IMG/VR virus record: IMGVR_UViG_3300017655_000006
Location: 1 to 45,210 of that record
DNA from: a virus
Lineage: Duplodnaviria > Caudoviricetes
Reading direction: 5' to 3' (one strand)
DNA length: 45,210 bases
The notes beneath the pieces were generated by a model. It was not told the origin of the DNA and made no database searches. It saw only the letters and a list, made by a program, of their open reading frames with translations. The position numbers and the translations under genes are program-made. This document shows positions 1-9,009 of this stretch, piece by piece. The stretch's first letter is position 1. Each line of letters opens with the position of its first letter.

Positions 1-1
1 A

Positions 2-1288
2 GGTACTGTAATTGACATCGATATCTATTCAAACGTTCCAATCGATGAAGTTCCCACAGATAAAGTTAATGAACAAACCTTGAAGTATATGAAGATGATC
101 ACCAAATACTGGCATGAACTTAGAAAAGCTCTTAGCCGTATTGTTGATAATCCTGAAAATGAGTATTCCGATCAAGTCGGTATTACTTATGCACGAGCTA
201 AAGATATCTTGAGTATCGGTAAACATACGAAGTGGGATGATGATGGTTCCATCTTCGATAATATGATTATCTATATGACTGTAGTGAATACCAAGAAAGC
301 TGTTATTGGTACTAAGCTTGTAGGACGCCATGGTAATAAAGGCGTTATCTCTGAAATAGTTGAAGAAAAGTATATGCCGAGAAGTGAAGATGGTGAATAT
401 GCTGAGATCATCTTTAGTGCTCTTAGCGTTATTGGACGATTAAATCCTTCTCAGTTGTACGAACTCGAACTTAACTGGATTGTTGATGAAATCTTGGCAG
501 GAGATGTATCCAAGAAGAAGAAATTCGAAACTCTTCTTGACTTCTTGTCTATCTGTAATCCTGATCAAGAGAAAGTTGTTAGAAGAATGTACGATTCTCT
601 CAGCAATAAAGATCAGGAAGAATTCCTGTCTCAAATTACGAAGGAATTCGTTACATTCCAGCCACCTAGTATGTCTATCAGCTTTGACAATTACGCTAAG
701 CTAATTGAAAAGGTTGAACCTAAGAAGAAGAAGTTCACGGTCATGGATGAGAAGGGCAATGTCTTCAATATCCAACGTAAGATGATCATGTCTGATTCTT
801 ATATCTACCGACTTAAGCATGAACCTATTACGAAATTCTCTGTACGGTCTAAAGGTACTATCAATCCACGTACATTTCTTCCGATTAAATCTCATGCTTA
901 TAGCAGAGGAACAGCTCTGTTCAATAACCAAGCGATTCGGATTGGGAATATGGAAATGGATATCTTGAATCTATGTAACGATCCTGCAGCTATTAACTAC
1001 TTCACAAGATTGTATTGCACATCAGTAATTGGACGAAGAGAATTCGCTCAGTTACTTGATATCAATATCTTCTCTGAAGATGTTGAAATCGAAATGGAGA
1101 ATCCGAAGTCCCGTGTTGTTGATCTGTTCAATTCCACATTTATGGTATGTGGAATGGGTCTTCGGTTCGAGTATCCTAAGCAGAGAAAAGTTGAAAACAT
1201 CCTGCTTGAAGAAATTAAAGCGATGGATAGTAAGCATATCAAAGTATTCTTCTCTGGGTGGGATAAGCTTAAAGGAAGTGTATCTTAA
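2..1288 (+). CDS. rpoB: Phage multisubunit RNA polymerase beta subunit, C-terminal part (5' end lies outside the window)
   Basis: Motifs GTKLVGRHGNKGVIS, AEIIFSALSVIGRLN, YRLKH and RIGNMEM match beta regions H and I. The frame is open from base 2 (GTVIDIDIYSNVP...), so the TTG at 80 is not the true start. Confidence 0.93.
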   Translation, partial: GTVIDIDIYSNVPIDEVPTDKVNEQTLKYMKMITKYWHELRKALSRIVDNPENEYSDQVGITYARAKDILSIGKHTKWDDDGSIFDNMIIYMTVVNTKKAVIGTKLVGRHGNKGVISEIVEEKYMPRSEDGEYAEIIFSALSVIGRLNPSQLYELELNWIVDEILAGDVSKKKKFETLLDFLSICNPDQEKVVRRMYDSLSNKDQEEFLSQITKEFVTFQPPSMSISFDNYAKLIEKVEPKKKKFTVMDEKGNVFNIQRKMIMSDSYIYRLKHEPITKFSVRSKGTINPRTFLPIKSHAYSRGTALFNNQAIRIGNMEMDILNLCNDPAAINYFTRLYCTSVIGRREFAQLLDINIFSEDVEIEMENPKSRVVDLFNSTFMVCGMGLRFEYPKQRKVENILLEEIKAMDSKHIKVFFSGWDKLKGSVS

Positions 1289-1295
1289 TAAAACT

Positions 1296-1334
1296 GGAGG
1301 AACCGGAATCTATTCGGTTCCTCTATCTTTTTTT
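1296..1334 (+). terminator. Intrinsic terminator
   Basis: GAGGAACCGGA/TTCGGTTCCTC stem followed by a T-run, just after the stop codon. Confidence 0.8.
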
Positions 1335-1336
1335 CT

Positions 1337-1350
1337 AAATATATATTATT
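1337..1350 (+). promoter_or_regulatory. Putative early promoter, AAATATATATTATT motif
   Basis: The same motif recurs upstream of many non-structural genes in the window. Confidence 0.75.
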
Positions 1351-1403
1351 ACTGTAGATAAGAAATTGATAAACCTATTAGTTATTCACTGGAGGAATGC
1401 TCA

Positions 1404-1619
1404 ATGTTGAAGGCTCCGAAACCAATGATCAATATACCATTGGATGGGCGTGAAATTGAGATTTTAAAACAACTTCTTGCTAAAGCAGCTTCTGATGAAA
1501 CCTCCAGGTTTAAGACATCTGAATACAATTTGTTATTCACAAAGCTTGAAAGTTATAGAAAACTTCATCATGAACAACATGCTAAGGCAATATTAAGACG
1601 ATTTGATAAAGGAGAATGA
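1404..1619 (+). CDS. Hypothetical protein (71 aa)
   Basis: GGAGG RBS; stop codon overlaps the ligase start (ATGA). Confidence 0.75.
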   Translation: MLKAPKPMINIPLDGREIEILKQLLAKAASDETSRFKTSEYNLLFTKLESYRKLHHEQHAKAILRRFDKGE

Positions 1620-3871
1620 AAATGGCAAAGTTTCATAAGTTGACGAAGAAACTCGTAGAGAAATTGAATAAAGGAGAGTATCTATCGGTAGTTCTTGGAT
1701 TACAGGAACCTGAAATCGTATTAACCTTGCATGAAATAACCTTCAAATCCAATGACAAAATCTCTGACGATGAAATTAGTGGATTAGAAAATGTCTTGAT
1801 ATTATGTAAATCTGTAGCTGAATTAAATGAATATATGACTGGTGTCAAATATAAACTGATGCCAAATGAAATGTATGATCGGCTTCTGGAGAAATATAAA
1901 GATTTGAATGGTGGCGATGAACCATTTCAATCTTTCATTCCAGCAGGTATGAGAAGTACGGAGCAGGATTTTCCTGAGTTATCTGGTACTTTGAATAAAG
2001 CATATACGGTTTATGATGTATCTGATAAACCATCTGTTGAGAAATGGTTAAAGAAATGTATGAAAGAATTGGAAGTTAAGAAATTAAAGTTATTGATAGC
2101 TCCTAAGTTTGATGGAACATCAGTAACCGTAACTCAACAAAGGCAAATATCCTTATACGACGGAATTACTTTCACTCCCACTAAAGCAATAACTAGGGGT
2201 GATTACGAAAACAATCTTGGCGTCGATTTGTCTAATATTCTTGTAGGAAGAGATACTATAATAGAGTTGGGTGATGGCTCTATCGAAAGACTCTTCCCAG
2301 AACAAATCGGAGTTCAATATGAAGCCATGATAACTGAATATGGTAGAAAAAGATTGTCTGAAGCTGTTGGTATAAAGTATTCCACTCGTCGAGCTGCTAT
2401 AGCTTCGGCTTTGAAAAGAATATCAAACCCTAAAACACCTAAAGAGCAACTTGAATTAATTAATGAATGCGTCTCAATGGTTCCTCTAATGATTGATATG
2501 AACACCATTCAAACATTACACCGTAACATGACCTTTGAATATATGATGCGAGCTATGCAAACGTATTTTCGACTTCCAGATTCTGGCGATTCCTTAGAGT
2601 ATAGATTTAAAATCATTGAGGGAGATATAAATTCTCTCTTGAATGAATTTGAAAGTATCACTAGAAATTATAGTGATAATAGAAGTGGAATGAATTACAG
2701 TATTGATGGATTGGTTTTAACTATAGCTAATTATGATCATATTAAAACTCTTGGACGATCCTCTAATAAAAACAAATGGCAAATAGCTTATAAGTTCGAT
2801 GCAATGGCGCAAAGAACCAAAGTTACTGGTATTATTTCGACAATGGGGAAGCAAGGATATATTGGTCATAATATAACTTTCGATCCAATCGAATTTAATG
2901 GCGTTCGATATGATAAAGCTCCAGTAAACAATGTCACAAGATTCGATCGCTTGGATCTTCACATTGGTGATGAAGTTGTAGTATCGTACAATGCTGATGT
3001 AATGGGATATATTGATAAAGATGCAGCTTGTAAAATAAATATCGATGGAAAGAAAATAGAATTACCTGAAAGATGTCCAAATTGTCAACATGAATTGGTC
3101 GTGTCTAAAGATATGCTCAAATGTGTTAATGATGACTGTCCTGGGCATAAAGTTGGTCGTATTCTTGAGGCTATTCGTATTTTCAACATCGACTATTTCG
3201 GCGATGAGACTGCTGCCTCACTTGTAGAAGATGCGAACATATCTGATGCTATTGAATTTATCCAAATGAAATATGAAGATTTATCTAAAGCTATGAAAGG
3301 TTTGAATCTGGAGAAGGCATGGGACGAATTTCAGAAGAAAATCAAAGCTCCTATTAGTTATGCAAAGGTGATTGATCTCTTGAGGATTCCTGGCCTTAGA
3401 ACCAAAACTGCTGAAAAGATTCTCGAAGACCTAGATATTAAAGAATTGATAGAGTTAATGGAAAATCGTGAACATGATAAGTTATATAAACGACTGACTA
3501 AGATTAAGGGTATTGATAAGAAAGCTGTGGATTTTGCCGAAGATCTCATCAAAGGATATTCTGACTTTGAGAAATTAGTAAGTCTACTGAATGTGGCGGA
3601 TACATCTAAAGATAAGAAGCAATACGATAAAACTATTCTGATCTCTGGATTCAGGACCAATTCTGATTTCGAGGAAATTTGTAAAAAGAATAACTTAGAA
3701 ATCATTGATTCTGGAAGTAAATTTGATCTGTTGGTAGTTACTCCTGATAGATTTGAAGGAAAGAAAGCAATTGCTGCAAGAAAGAAAAATATTCCTGTAA
3801 TGCTTCTATCCCAGTTCATAAGTCTTTATGAAAATGGAGGAAAATTAGTATGGGATACAGAAATAAAATAA
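1616..3871 (+). CDS. ligA: NAD-dependent DNA ligase
   Basis: KFDG adenylation motif, TRGD, IDGLV, IAYKF, Zn finger CPNC...C...C, HhH repeats (IPGLR, IKGID) and a BRCT-like tail. Confidence 0.93.
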   Translation: MKMAKFHKLTKKLVEKLNKGEYLSVVLGLQEPEIVLTLHEITFKSNDKISDDEISGLENVLILCKSVAELNEYMTGVKYKLMPNEMYDRLLEKYKDLNGGDEPFQSFIPAGMRSTEQDFPELSGTLNKAYTVYDVSDKPSVEKWLKKCMKELEVKKLKLLIAPKFDGTSVTVTQQRQISLYDGITFTPTKAITRGDYENNLGVDLSNILVGRDTIIELGDGSIERLFPEQIGVQYEAMITEYGRKRLSEAVGIKYSTRRAAIASALKRISNPKTPKEQLELINECVSMVPLMIDMNTIQTLHRNMTFEYMMRAMQTYFRLPDSGDSLEYRFKIIEGDINSLLNEFESITRNYSDNRSGMNYSIDGLVLTIANYDHIKTLGRSSNKNKWQIAYKFDAMAQRTKVTGIISTMGKQGYIGHNITFDPIEFNGVRYDKAPVNNVTRFDRLDLHIGDEVVVSYNADVMGYIDKDAACKINIDGKKIELPERCPNCQHELVVSKDMLKCVNDDCPGHKVGRILEAIRIFNIDYFGDETAASLVEDANISDAIEFIQMKYEDLSKAMKGLNLEKAWDEFQKKIKAPISYAKVIDLLRIPGLRTKTAEKILEDLDIKELIELMENREHDKLYKRLTKIKGIDKKAVDFAEDLIKGYSDFEKLVSLLNVADTSKDKKQYDKTILISGFRTNSDFEEICKKNNLEIIDSGSKFDLLVVTPDRFEGKKAIAARKKNIPVMLLSQFISLYENGGKLVWDTEIK

Positions 3872-3887
3872 GAAATTAGAAAATGTA

Positions 3888-3899
3888 AACATTAAATTG
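3888..3899 (+). promoter_or_regulatory. Putative late promoter AACA-N6-TG
   Basis: AACATTAAATTG fits the AR9-type late consensus; predicted +1 is G3899. Confidence 0.55.
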
Positions 3900-4200
3900 G
3901 GAGATTTCGAATCGGATTGAGTCGTACTTTCCAACCATTTATGTCGATCATCGGGTCCTGAGAATCGACTCTTTGAAAAGCTGAGCCTTCAACCCATCTC
4001 GCCATTTGACAGAGGTGGTTATAGCGATTTCATCTTGGATTTTTCTACTCGGGTTCTCCTATAAAGTTTGGAGAATCAAATCGGTGGAAAGTGAAGAGAT
4101 TCTTGCTGAAGTGTTCAGAAAGAGACGATAGTAGGGTAGATGGTAAACGCTAAATAAATCGGACGTGGACTCTAATCCAGAAACGTAATACATTCCAATA
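3899..4200 (+). ncRNA. Candidate structured non-coding RNA (~300 nt), family unknown
   Basis: No ORF in the track; more GC-rich than flanking spacers; bounded by a promoter motif and a terminator; complementary pairs 3914-3923/4168-4178, 3926-3940/4078-4092, 3964-3977/4114-4129 and 4022-4049/4130-4152. Confidence 0.6.
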
Positions 4201-4202
4201 TT

Positions 4203-4249
4203 AACGAACCGGAGGCTAAGATGCTTCTGGTTCGTTTTATTTTTTTTTT
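4203..4249 (+). terminator. Intrinsic terminator
   Basis: AACGAACCGGAGGC/GCTTCTGGTTCGTT stem with a long T tail. Confidence 0.85.
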
Positions 4250-4274
4250 GTTAAAGGGCATTGAACGGGAAACC

Positions 4275-4288
4275 AAATATATATTATT
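4275..4288 (+). promoter_or_regulatory. Putative early promoter
   Basis: AAATATATATTATT. Confidence 0.75.
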
Positions 4289-4333
4289 ATAGAGTGATAT
4301 AAACAATTACTATGAGGATGGTGTGTATTAACT

Positions 4334-4921
4334 ATGACTAACTTTACTGAAATGGCAAGAGCAGTTGCAAACAGAATATTTATGTGCGAAACTCCACAAG
4401 GTAAAATCGAAATCCAAGAACACGTTCAAGAAAAAATTACAACTGCAATAGGTAATGCCATTAAACACATGCGAAAATATCACCCCACAAGAACTCTAGA
4501 TCTTGGGCCATTTAGATATGGCGTTGATTCTTTTGACTTAGTGAATCCAATAGATTTTTGGAATTCAACCAGTCAATATAAAGAGGAACCTGGAGTAGAG
4601 ATTATTGAGAAAATAGCATCACAGATTCAAAATAAAAAGTTTATCAAACTGGTTGGTCATTATTGTCGTATGGACACATACGTCGAACTGATCGACGAAT
4701 GGACTAGAGCCGAAGATACGACCAACTCAGTTGAGATGGATAAACAATCCATCCAACTACTTATAGCTGTACATGTTATAACCATTGCAACTATTTTACT
4801 GCGTTCCGCCGATTTCAATAAGCCCAATGAAGAAGGTGCTTCATGTGAGTTACTTGAAGGTACTTACACATTGAAGCATGATATGTACCACTGGGCATTC
4901 GGGTTCACTGCCGCCCAGTAA
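4334..4921 (+). CDS. Hypothetical protein, paralogue of the next gene
   Basis: Shares GPFxYGV, QLxxAxHV, EGTYT and WxFGF with 5012..5716. Confidence 0.85.
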   Translation: MTNFTEMARAVANRIFMCETPQGKIEIQEHVQEKITTAIGNAIKHMRKYHPTRTLDLGPFRYGVDSFDLVNPIDFWNSTSQYKEEPGVEIIEKIASQIQNKKFIKLVGHYCRMDTYVELIDEWTRAEDTTNSVEMDKQSIQLLIAVHVITIATILLRSADFNKPNEEGASCELLEGTYTLKHDMYHWAFGFTAAQ

Positions 4922-4935
4922 ATATATATAATTAT
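4920..4935 (+). promoter_or_regulatory. Putative early promoter (variant)
   Basis: AAATATATATAATTAT. Confidence 0.6.
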
Positions 4936-5011
4936 AGTGTATATGACACAATATTAGTAAGTAGTATGTGTCTTACAAATAAACTACCAATTATCTAGGA
5001 GGCTATTCAAA

Positions 5012-5716
5012 ATGGCAAAGAAACTTATCGAGGTTACAAACGAAGTATCCAGCAAAGCATTCAACTGCGAGCGCAACATCGACGGCGATGCGAAAAAAGC
5101 CGAAATCGATCTTGCAATTCAAGCGATGATCGATACAGGAATTTCCAATGCAATCCCGCGTGCTCTTTACCTGATCATGGACGCCGAGCCGAAAGAAGAA
5201 GTTCAGCTGCAAGTTGGACCATTTGTATACGGCGTAGTAGCACGCAAATCCGGCGATTCGCTTTCCCTGAACCCGACGTTCAGCTTGGCGAACGAGAAGA
5301 AGTTCCTTTCGGAACTGGACAATTTCGAAGAGAAGCTGCACAAGAATGTTTCTCTCATCGAAACAATGGCAACCACTATCGAGGACGAAACGTTCCTGGA
5401 TACGGTTATGCATTGCTGCAAACTCGACGAGTACAATGTCGAGGACAGCGAGTGGGTTGAAAAGAAAACCGATGCCGATCGCGGCGTTGAGTTCGATCAA
5501 ACATCCGCACAATTGTTTACAGCACTTCACGTTGCCGGCATCATCCACGTACTGGTTAACGCCAAGTCGCCGGATGAAGTTGTTAAATACGAAGTACCGG
5601 GCGAAGGCACTTACACGATCGAGCGGAAAAAGGACAAATGGGAATTCGGTTTCATTCCGTCCAAAGAATTCAAGCAAACGATCAAGAACGACCGCCTTAT
5701 CGAAGCCCTCGTTTAA
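5012..5716 (+). CDS. Acidic protein with high-expression codon usage, possibly a tandem HU/IHF-like fold
   Basis: AGGAGG RBS and C-ending codons like the capsid gene; C-terminus VPGEGTYTIERK..FGFIPSKEFKQTIK resembles the HU beta-sheet and last helix. The CDS is solid; the fold is tentative. Confidence 0.6.
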   Translation: MAKKLIEVTNEVSSKAFNCERNIDGDAKKAEIDLAIQAMIDTGISNAIPRALYLIMDAEPKEEVQLQVGPFVYGVVARKSGDSLSLNPTFSLANEKKFLSELDNFEEKLHKNVSLIETMATTIEDETFLDTVMHCCKLDEYNVEDSEWVEKKTDADRGVEFDQTSAQLFTALHVAGIIHVLVNAKSPDEVVKYEVPGEGTYTIERKKDKWEFGFIPSKEFKQTIKNDRLIEALV

Positions 5717-5733
5717 TCATTCTGTCATACAAA

Positions 5734-5769
5734 GGCCGAAACCGGAGAATCAATCCGGTTTCGGTTCTT
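5734..5769 (+). terminator. Hairpin, probably a leaky terminator
   Basis: GGCCGAAACCGGA/TCCGGTTTCGGTT stem with a short T tail. Confidence 0.6.
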
Positions 5770-5824
5770 ACTATTGGCAGAAAATTTTTTGTCTAATAGA
5801 TAAAGGAAGGGAAGAAGTGATAGG

Positions 5825-7702
5825 ATGAATTATCTAAGCCAGATGGTTGCCACAATGTCAGATACTATGACTGAAGGCATCAACGAAGATCTATTTGATC
5901 GTCGTCAAGGTAAACAGATCTGGGAATTCATTGCGGAGGATTTAAGATCCATCGAGATGCTTCCAGATATCTTCCTTCGTAATGTGGAATATGTCAGAGA
6001 TCCTTCTAAGCTTGACATTAGGCTGAACATCAAAAATATCAAGAATAAGAAGATCTTAAAAAATAAGATCGAAAAACTTATTCCGGTGCAGCCTGATGTA
6101 TTTGATGCAATTAAATTTACTGTGGATATCGCAGGAGGTCAGAAAGTAGAAAATACGATCTTGCTTCCGAAGTATATAGATAGATATAACTTCATGATTT
6201 CGGGAAATAAAACTTTAGCTATGTTCCAGGTTGTAGATAATGCAACCTATAACCGTAAAGGCGAAGTAATCTTGAAGTCTAGAGTTCAAAAACGTCTTAG
6301 CAGAGAAGAGAAGAAAAAGAAGTATTCCCTACTCTGTGTGGAAACTGGTCAAGAATATAAGATTTCGAATCTGAATATAAATCTGTTTAAGAAAACATTC
6401 AATCCGTTATTCTATTTCGCTGCTAGAAGAACCATTCTCGGAACTATTGACTTCTTCGGTTATACAAAACTTCTTAACGTTGTTACAGAGGTTAAGAAAC
6501 CGGAACTGTTCTATTATTTTCGAGTAAATTCCAATATTCTTCTAGAAGCTGAGAAGACTCTGTTTGATGATGACTCGTTCTTCAGAACCTTTATAGGTCT
6601 TCTTGCACAACTGTTTAACACTCGTAACAAAATTGAAGACATTTATGAAGAAGAAGTTTGGGTTAAGAAACTCGGATCTCTCTTCACCTCTGCAGCAAAG
6701 AATCAATTGAATAAAGGTTATGACGTTATGAAATCATTCAGAAACGTTCTTGATGCTACAACTCAAAACGCTCTGAGAATTGATTATCGTGATAAAGCGG
6801 ATGTCTACTGTGTACTACGGTGGATGATGCGTGAATTTAACGAATTGAGAAATATGGATAATAATTCTCTTGCAAATAAACGTATTCGTGTAAATGAATA
6901 CATCGCTGCATATTTCTCAAGATATTGGAAAGATAGAGTTAACTATGCACTGAACCTCAAGCCATATGATAAAGAGAAATTGGCTAGAATTTTCAAAGTG
7001 GATGAACACATTCTTATCAAGGCTCTATTCAGAGGGAAGAAGCCTTCGCCACTATTTAGATACAATATCGATATCAATGATCTACAAGCATTAAATGGAT
7101 TGAAATTCTCCTATACAGGTATTCAAGGTTTACCTTCTGATAAGGTCAAGGATGAGCAACGGGATATTTATCCAAGCCATCTTGGACGATTTGAACTTAA
7201 TGCAATCTCTTCAAGTTCTCCGGGTATTTCGGGTATGCTTACTCCATTCTGTAAGATTTATGAAGGAGGATACTTCGGGGACTCTCAAGCTATCGAGAAA
7301 CCATATGTGAAGAAGCTTCGTAAACGGATCAAGGAAATCAAGATCAATGAGGAAGTTTACGGAGTAATCAAAGCTCACTATAAGACTCTGGAAGAGGAGC
7401 ACGATAAACGTAGATTTGCTGTGAAGTACAGAGATCTACGGAATGAACGTGGTTTCATCCAGATTGTAAGACCTAAATATATCCGTAATGAAAATGGGTT
7501 GATTAAGGTAGATCGTGTAGTCAATCCTGCAAGTTATAAGCGTAATGCTAAAGGATATATCAATGTATATCGTAACTTCCAGTTGATTCGGATAACAACT
7601 AGAATCAAACCAGAATATCAATCGGGTAATTATGTTCGTAATGAACGAGGATGTATTCAAATTACACGGAATGAGGCTGGTCCATTTGGCACAATACGAT
7701 AA
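5825..7702 (+). CDS. rpoB: Phage RNA polymerase beta subunit, N-terminal part, with a repetitive C-terminal tail
   Basis: NSLANKRIR matches D.L.NRR.R; EQRDIYPSHLGRFELNAISSSSPGISGML matches region D (RDVHPSHYGR.CP..TPEG..IGL); LLPKY..FMISG near the N-terminus. Confidence 0.88.
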   Translation: MNYLSQMVATMSDTMTEGINEDLFDRRQGKQIWEFIAEDLRSIEMLPDIFLRNVEYVRDPSKLDIRLNIKNIKNKKILKNKIEKLIPVQPDVFDAIKFTVDIAGGQKVENTILLPKYIDRYNFMISGNKTLAMFQVVDNATYNRKGEVILKSRVQKRLSREEKKKKYSLLCVETGQEYKISNLNINLFKKTFNPLFYFAARRTILGTIDFFGYTKLLNVVTEVKKPELFYYFRVNSNILLEAEKTLFDDDSFFRTFIGLLAQLFNTRNKIEDIYEEEVWVKKLGSLFTSAAKNQLNKGYDVMKSFRNVLDATTQNALRIDYRDKADVYCVLRWMMREFNELRNMDNNSLANKRIRVNEYIAAYFSRYWKDRVNYALNLKPYDKEKLARIFKVDEHILIKALFRGKKPSPLFRYNIDINDLQALNGLKFSYTGIQGLPSDKVKDEQRDIYPSHLGRFELNAISSSSPGISGMLTPFCKIYEGGYFGDSQAIEKPYVKKLRKRIKEIKINEEVYGVIKAHYKTLEEEHDKRRFAVKYRDLRNERGFIQIVRPKYIRNENGLIKVDRVVNPASYKRNAKGYINVYRNFQLIRITTRIKPEYQSGNYVRNERGCIQITRNEAGPFGTIR

Positions 7703-7913
7703 AACTACAGCAGACCAAGTAACAGCTACTGGCTGTGAGTTGGTAGAAAAGGCACAAGAAAATCTCATTAATGTAAGTAATATCGCTCCAGATGTATCGG
7801 AACTAATTCGAGAGATGCTTCAACCTAGTGTAGATGAAATGTGTCAAAAAATGGATCAAGAAATCTTTGACAAATTGAAAGAACTTGAAGCTAATAAGAG
7901 CCAAGGGGAGTAA
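7686..7913 (+). CDS. Hypothetical protein; probable start TTG 7686 (track gives 7632)
   Basis: GAGG at 7673-7676 is suitably spaced before the TTG. Confidence 0.6.
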   Translation: MAQYDKTTADQVTATGCELVEKAQENLINVSNIAPDVSELIREMLQPSVDEMCQKMDQEIFDKLKELEANKSQGE

Positions 7914-7935
7914 AATCCCCTTGGTTTTACCTTTT
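7899..7935 (+). terminator. Terminator hairpin with AGTAAAAT loop
   Basis: CCAAGGGG-AGTAAAAT-CCCCTTGG followed by T-rich sequence. Confidence 0.7.
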
Positions 7936-7952
7936 ATAAAAGGACTGATAAT

Positions 7953-8255
7953 ATGGTTAGAATTGATCTAGTAGTTTGTAGAACACCCTATAAAGGATTT
8001 GAAGTTGGTTGCGAATATTTATACAGATTATCTAAGAATGGGACACCTATGGTTCTATTAAATGATCAATGGATTGCTGTACAATCAGATCCTAGATTAA
8101 TAGTAGGATGGCAGTTCATACAGTTTAAGATATATTTCTCTTATACTGGTAAACGATTATTTGTGGATAATCATCTTCGAGCAAGATCAGTTACTAAAGA
8201 TGAATTTATATCAATTTTTAAGGATATAGAACATAACAAAACCCAAGAGGAGTAA
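7953..8255 (+). CDS. Hypothetical protein (100 aa)
   Basis: AAGGA RBS; fills the gap up to a terminator. Confidence 0.7.
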   Translation: MVRIDLVVCRTPYKGFEVGCEYLYRLSKNGTPMVLLNDQWIAVQSDPRLIVGWQFIQFKIYFSYTGKRLFVDNHLRARSVTKDEFISIFKDIEHNKTQEE

Positions 8256-8281
8256 AATCCTCTTGGGCTTCTTTTTTTTTT
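8242..8281 (+). terminator. Terminator at a convergent junction, AGTAAAAT loop
   Basis: CCCAAGAGG/CCTCTTGGG stem and T-run. Confidence 0.8.
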
Positions 8282-8286
8282 GCTTT

Positions 8287-9003
8287 TTATTCGTAACGAT
8301 GATAGAATTTCCGAGCTTTGTTCGGATATCCCTTTGTATTGAATCTATCAATGATATCTTTTCTCTCTGATTCCCCGTTTTCGAATAAACCAAGTTTAAG
8401 ATCCATATTACCGATAGGCATGGTAAGCTGATCATAATGCTTCAATTTATTGTAGATGTATATCTTTATATCTGCTGCTGCAAGATCCAGAAATTGTTCA
8501 ATTACTGAATCAGCAATCGCAGTGAATGAAGGATATGTCAATTTACAAGTTACATACAACTCACCCTCACCAAATCCTTTAAGCTTTATTCTATTAGGGG
8601 GAATAAACTTAAAGTTCCTATAGCTGTAACTGGATAAGGAAGCAAGGTTAGTCGCAGCAGAGTTGAGCAATACATCTTCAATAGTCATAGCAAATGGTCG
8701 ATAACTATCCATGAATGCATTACCTTCAACACCAGATCTGGCTTGCACATCAGCAACTGAAATGATATGCAATTTATTGAAGGTAACTTCAGGGATATCT
8801 AGATAGAATTCATTAGTAACATCAGTTTTGTGATCTGCTGGAATGAATTCATATCTTCTATAGCAAGGGAAATATTGCGAGAAGATAGGAAGAGTATTAT
8901 TAAGAAGATTCTTATGAATTTCAGGATAAAGATAATTCAATTTATATTCAACCAATCCTAATCGTTGATTGAGGAGGATATCAAGGATCGTATTGATATT
9001 CAC
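8287..9003 (-). CDS. Neck / head-tail adaptor protein (T4 gp13-like)
   Basis: N-terminal ILxxRLG...TLPIFSQYFP and C-terminal LAAADIK..KLKHYDQLTMPIGNMD..ERKDII follow the gp13 pattern; lies in the head operon. Confidence 0.6.
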   Translation of the reverse strand: MNINTILDILLNQRLGLVEYKLNYLYPEIHKNLLNNTLPIFSQYFPCYRRYEFIPADHKTDVTNEFYLDIPEVTFNKLHIISVADVQARSGVEGNAFMDSYRPFAMTIEDVLLNSAATNLASLSSYSYRNFKFIPPNRIKLKGFGEGELYVTCKLTYPSFTAIADSVIEQFLDLAAADIKIYIYNKLKHYDQLTMPIGNMDLKLGLFENGESERKDIIDRFNTKGYPNKARKFYHRYE

Positions 9004-9009
9004 ACTTCA

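Noticed and set aside
4078-4130. Group I intron or RNase P core (AAATCGGTGGAAA, GTTCAGAAAGAGAC)
   Set aside because: No S element or P7 pairing, no interrupted gene, and no RNase P P4 signature
3899-4200. tmRNA (5' GGGA could pair with TTCC-A at 4193-4197 giving a G3-U pair; TCGGACGTGG near the 3' end)
   Set aside because: Only 4 bp of acceptor stem, no TTCRA T-arm beside it, no GGATTCGAC 5' signature and no recognisable tag reading frame
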